Part shown: piece by piece, positions 61,315 through 64,000 of the stretch
Layout of the letters: each line of letters starts with the position of its first letter
Numbering within the stretch: position 1 is the stretch's first letter
Assembly: GCF_031411595.1 (NCBI RefSeq)
Contig: NZ_JANOBI010000023.1
Location: 304-64,303, forward strand
Length of the DNA stretch: 64,000 bases
Source of the DNA: Flavobacterium sp.
Lineage (GTDB): Bacteria; Bacteroidota; Bacteroidia; Flavobacteriales; Flavobacteriaceae
Direction: 5' to 3'
Position numbers and translations under genes: made by a program
Notes under the pieces: model-generated
The model's database searches: none
Seen by the model: the letters and a program-made list of their open reading frames with translations, nothing else
What the model was told of the DNA's origin: nothing

Positions 61315-62432
61315 TGATTTTGATTTTGCTTTTGATTTTGTTGGTCTATGTGGTCACAATCGCACAACTCATTGTGGGTTTTGACAAGATTAAAACCACA
61401 CACTTTACCCAAAGCAAACCCAAAACTTTTTTCGCGATTGTCGTTCCGTTTCGCAATGAAAGCGCCAATTTACCGATACTCTTAGAAAGCATTAAAAACC
61501 TGAATTATCCAAAAGAGTTATTCGAGATTATTTTGATTGACGACTTTTCTGAAGACGATTCGGTGCGTCAGGTTTACAATTGGCGCATGGAAAATGGTGT
61601 GTTTCAAACAACGCTTTTAGAGAATATCCGATTGTCGAATTCGCCCAAAAAAGATGCGATTTCGCGTGCGATTCCGATTGTCAAAAAGGAATGGTTGGTT
61701 ACGACTGATGCAGATTGCGTTGTTCCCGAAAATTGGCTGATGGCTTTGGATCAATATATTCAACAATATGATGTTGAAATGATTGTTGGTTCGGTTGTTT
61801 ATGATTGCAAGAAATCGTTTTTGCATTATTTCCAACAATTGGATTTGATCAGTTTGCAAGGCGCAACGATTGGAAGTTTCGGAATGGGATTGGGGTTTTT
61901 GTGCAATGGCGCGAATTTCTGTTACACCAAATCGATGTTTGAGAAGCTGCATGGTTTTAAAGGGAATAATCAAATGGCGAGTGGCGATGATGTTTTTCTA
62001 TTGCAAAAAGCGATGCATGAATATCCTGAGAAAGTACATTTTTTGAAATCTAAAGAAACGATTGTCCATACAAAACCGACGGCAAGTTGGACTGAATTGT
62101 TTTCGCAACGTGTGCGTTGGGCATCGAAAGCGGGTTCGTATCAAAGTGTGTTTGGAAGAGATTTGGCGGTGATTGTGTTTGGCGGAAACCTAGCTTTGGT
62201 TGTAGGTTGTATGTTAGCAGTTTTTGGTTGGTCTTCTTGTGCAGTTGTTGGAATTTTGTTTGGGTTGAAGTTTGTGGTGGATTGTATTTTACTTTATAAA
62301 GCCAATCGATTTTTGAGGAAGAAGCGCATGCGGTATTTGTTGATGGGTAGTTTGTTGTATCCGTTTTTTTGCGTAGTGGTTGCTGTGTTTTCTTGGTTTG
62401 GGAAATATGAATGGAAGGGAAGGCGGTTTTAG
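61311..62432 (+). CDS. Family 2 glycosyltransferase, membrane-anchored
   Basis: 373 aa. VVPFRNE...LIDDFSEDD...TDADC and QRVRWA motifs (processive GT2-like). Confidence 0.8.
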   Translation: MMILILLLILLVYVVTIAQLIVGFDKIKTTHFTQSKPKTFFAIVVPFRNESANLPILLESIKNLNYPKELFEIILIDDFSEDDSVRQVYNWRMENGVFQTTLLENIRLSNSPKKDAISRAIPIVKKEWLVTTDADCVVPENWLMALDQYIQQYDVEMIVGSVVYDCKKSFLHYFQQLDLISLQGATIGSFGMGLGFLCNGANFCYTKSMFEKLHGFKGNNQMASGDDVFLLQKAMHEYPEKVHFLKSKETIVHTKPTASWTELFSQRVRWASKAGSYQSVFGRDLAVIVFGGNLALVVGCMLAVFGWSSCAVVGILFGLKFVVDCILLYKANRFLRKKRMRYLLMGSLLYPFFCVVVAVFSWFGKYEWKGRRF

Positions 62433-62480
62433 ATTTCTCGATGCACTCCGAATGACAGGTTTCGAATGGATGATAAGACC

Positions 62481-62559
62481 TAGCCCTGATGGCAGTGAGC
62501 ATCCTTTTGCGGCGGCGTTCGACGCAAAAGATAAAACGGACAGCAGGACCCGAGCTCCT
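62481..62559 (+). repeat. Palindromic intergenic element, copy E
   Basis: TAGCCCTGATGGCAGTGAGCATCCTTTTGCGGCG-GCGTTCGA-CGCAAAAGATAAAACGGACAGCAGGACCCGAGCTCC. Confidence 0.8.
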
Positions 62560-62587
62560 AAAAGCGAACAGGCGAAGCAAATAGCTC

Positions 62588-63073
62588 CTACTTATGCGCT
62601 ACATTTAAAATTACCGGAAGTATAAATTGTGTCTTTACAGGAATGCCGCGCTTGATGGCGGGATTGACTTTTGGAAAATCGATGAGTCGTGTTTTGATGA
62701 TGCTGTCGATTTTGGTCGTGTCGTATGAAAGCGTGTCTTTGAATTGTGGCTCGAACTCGAATGTGGCGTTGGGTAACACCGTTACTTTTACGTTGATGGT
62801 ATCGAGTTGTGGGTATAAAACACTCAGGGTATCGGTGTTTAATTTTTGTTGGATGAGTTGCGTGAGGTAATCAAAAAAGCATTGTTTTTTTTGTGTTTTG
62901 TCGACTACGGAATCGCAATTGGTGAAGTTTGGTAATTCGTCTACTTGATTCCAATTGATGCTTTTTAGCTCTTTTTGCAATAGTGCGTCTTGATCAGGAA
63001 TTTGTCTGTTGACATACTGACACGATACGAAACTCAGAAGTAGTAGCAATAATAGTGGAATTCTTTTTCTCAT
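62588..63073 (-). CDS. Lipoprotein of unknown function
   Basis: 161 aa. MRKRIPLLLLLLLSFVSC lipobox. Confidence 0.6.
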   Translation of the reverse strand: MRKRIPLLLLLLLSFVSCQYVNRQIPDQDALLQKELKSINWNQVDELPNFTNCDSVVDKTQKKQCFFDYLTQLIQQKLNTDTLSVLYPQLDTINVKVTVLPNATFEFEPQFKDTLSYDTTKIDSIIKTRLIDFPKVNPAIKRGIPVKTQFILPVILNVAHK

Positions 63074-63170
63074 ATTCTTTAGGCAACCGGTTCGGTCTAA
63101 GACGGACTAAAAGTACAATTTTATTTTAAAAGTTAGAAAAATAGTTGTCGGTTGTGGGTTGTTAGTTGGT

Positions 63171-63235
63171 TTTTTACCGCAAGGTTCGCAGAGTTTTTGT
63201 GTTGTAATTGACGCAAAGAACGCAAAGAGTACTGT
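63171..63235. repeat. CGCAAAG-family motif (TTTTTTACCGCAAGGTTCGCAGAG ... GACGCAAAGAACGCAAAGAG)
   Basis: The first 24 nt are nearly identical to 58018-58042 and 56014-56037. Confidence 0.75.
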
Positions 63236-63898
63236 TTATCTTTTAAGTAAATAAGGTTTGATTTCTTTGATCCAGATATCGTAACCGAGATTGTTCATGT
63301 GTATATTGTCTTCGCGGAATAATTCGGGTTTTGATTTTCCTTCGGGTGTTAGCATCAAACTGTATACATCAATAAAATGGATGTTTTTTTGAGTGGCGAT
63401 GTAATCACGGATCAGCTTGTTGGCCTCGATTACTTTTGTTAGGTATTTTTCTCTTGACGGGCTGGGTTTGATTGAAATATAAACGATGGGCGCGTTGGGT
63501 AGTCTTTCTCTTATGAGTGTCAATAAATGTTTGGTGTCTTTTAGAACGGTTTCGCTCGTGGCTTCATTGGCGATATCATTTTCTCCTACATAAATAAAAA
63601 TTTGACGCGGTTTGTATGGCGTTATCAAATCGTCAATGTAATACGTTATGTCCTTAATTACGGCGCCACCAATACCTCTGTTGAGCACCGCGTAGTCTGC
63701 AAAAGTTCTTTCCAGATCGTTCCAAAGTCTGAATGAAGAACTTCCGATAAATAAGATGGGTTCTTTTGGCGGCGCATAAATCTTATCATACTGCTTGATG
63801 GTTTGGATGTCGTTTTGAAACCTCGAGGCATCTTGCGAAAACAGTAGGGAAGTGCAAAAAAGAATGGATAAAATATGAAGGAAAGTTATTTTTTTCAT
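63236..63898 (-). CDS. SGNH/GDSL-type esterase
   Basis: Start moved to ATG 63898 (MKKITFLHILSILFCTSLLFSQ signal). FIGSSS block I, GIGG, GENDI, and D..H near the C-terminus. Confidence 0.75.
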   Translation of the reverse strand: MKKITFLHILSILFCTSLLFSQDASRFQNDIQTIKQYDKIYAPPKEPILFIGSSSFRLWNDLERTFADYAVLNRGIGGAVIKDITYYIDDLITPYKPRQIFIYVGENDIANEATSETVLKDTKHLLTLIRERLPNAPIVYISIKPSPSREKYLTKVIEANKLIRDYIATQKNIHFIDVYSLMLTPEGKSKPELFREDNIHMNNLGYDIWIKEIKPYLLKR

Positions 63899-64000
63899 GA
63901 TGTAGACTTGATACACGAAAGATAAGGGAATTGCCCTAAAAAACAAAAAAGCCATCCACAAAAGTGGAAAGCTTTTCATTGGTCTAACTACTAAACCTGC

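Noticed and set aside
62050-62625. ORFs 62050..62580 (minus, 176 aa), 62380..62625 (plus, 81 aa) and 62117..62299.
   Set aside because: They overlap the well-supported GT2 gene or consist of translated palindromic element copy E. Their composition is Arg/Ser/Cys-rich and junk-like.

Overview
This 64-kb chromosomal segment looks like a Flavobacterium-type genome (Bacteroidota, Flavobacteriia). Several proteins end in T9SS C-terminal sorting domains, promoters fit the TAnnTTTG -7 type, and most genes are housekeeping (TatD-like, ansA, pyrC, tyrS, trmB, apbC/nifU, rpsP-rimM, ruvC, hemW and others). There are two tRNAs, Ser-GGA and Leu-UAG, and I found no rRNA or CRISPR array. Two accessory insertions stand out. 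(1) A ~7.7-kb integrase-bearing island sits in the 3' end of tRNA-Leu(UAG), bounded by 13-bp att repeats at 40268 and 48006. Its main cargo is a 1387-aa protein combining a PD-(D/E)xK nuclease, a NACHT NTPase and a long unassigned C-terminus (bacterial NLR/Avs-like), plus an IS1-family element. (2) One core gene further on is an AT-rich, translationally coupled pair of P-loop ATPases: ~390 aa Arch-ATPase-like, and 822 aa STAND-like with a winged helix and five 35-aa TPR-like repeats. Neither has a recognisable effector domain, and this pair is my best candidate for an undescribed defence or signalling system. Intergenic DNA is unusually structured. It contains a family of ~80-90-nt palindromic elements (5 copies), locus-specific tandem octamer arrays arranged as long inverted repeats, and a CGCAAAG/ACCGCAAGGTTCGC motif family. 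All calls rest on reading the sequence and ORF translations by eye. No database search or composition calculation was run.
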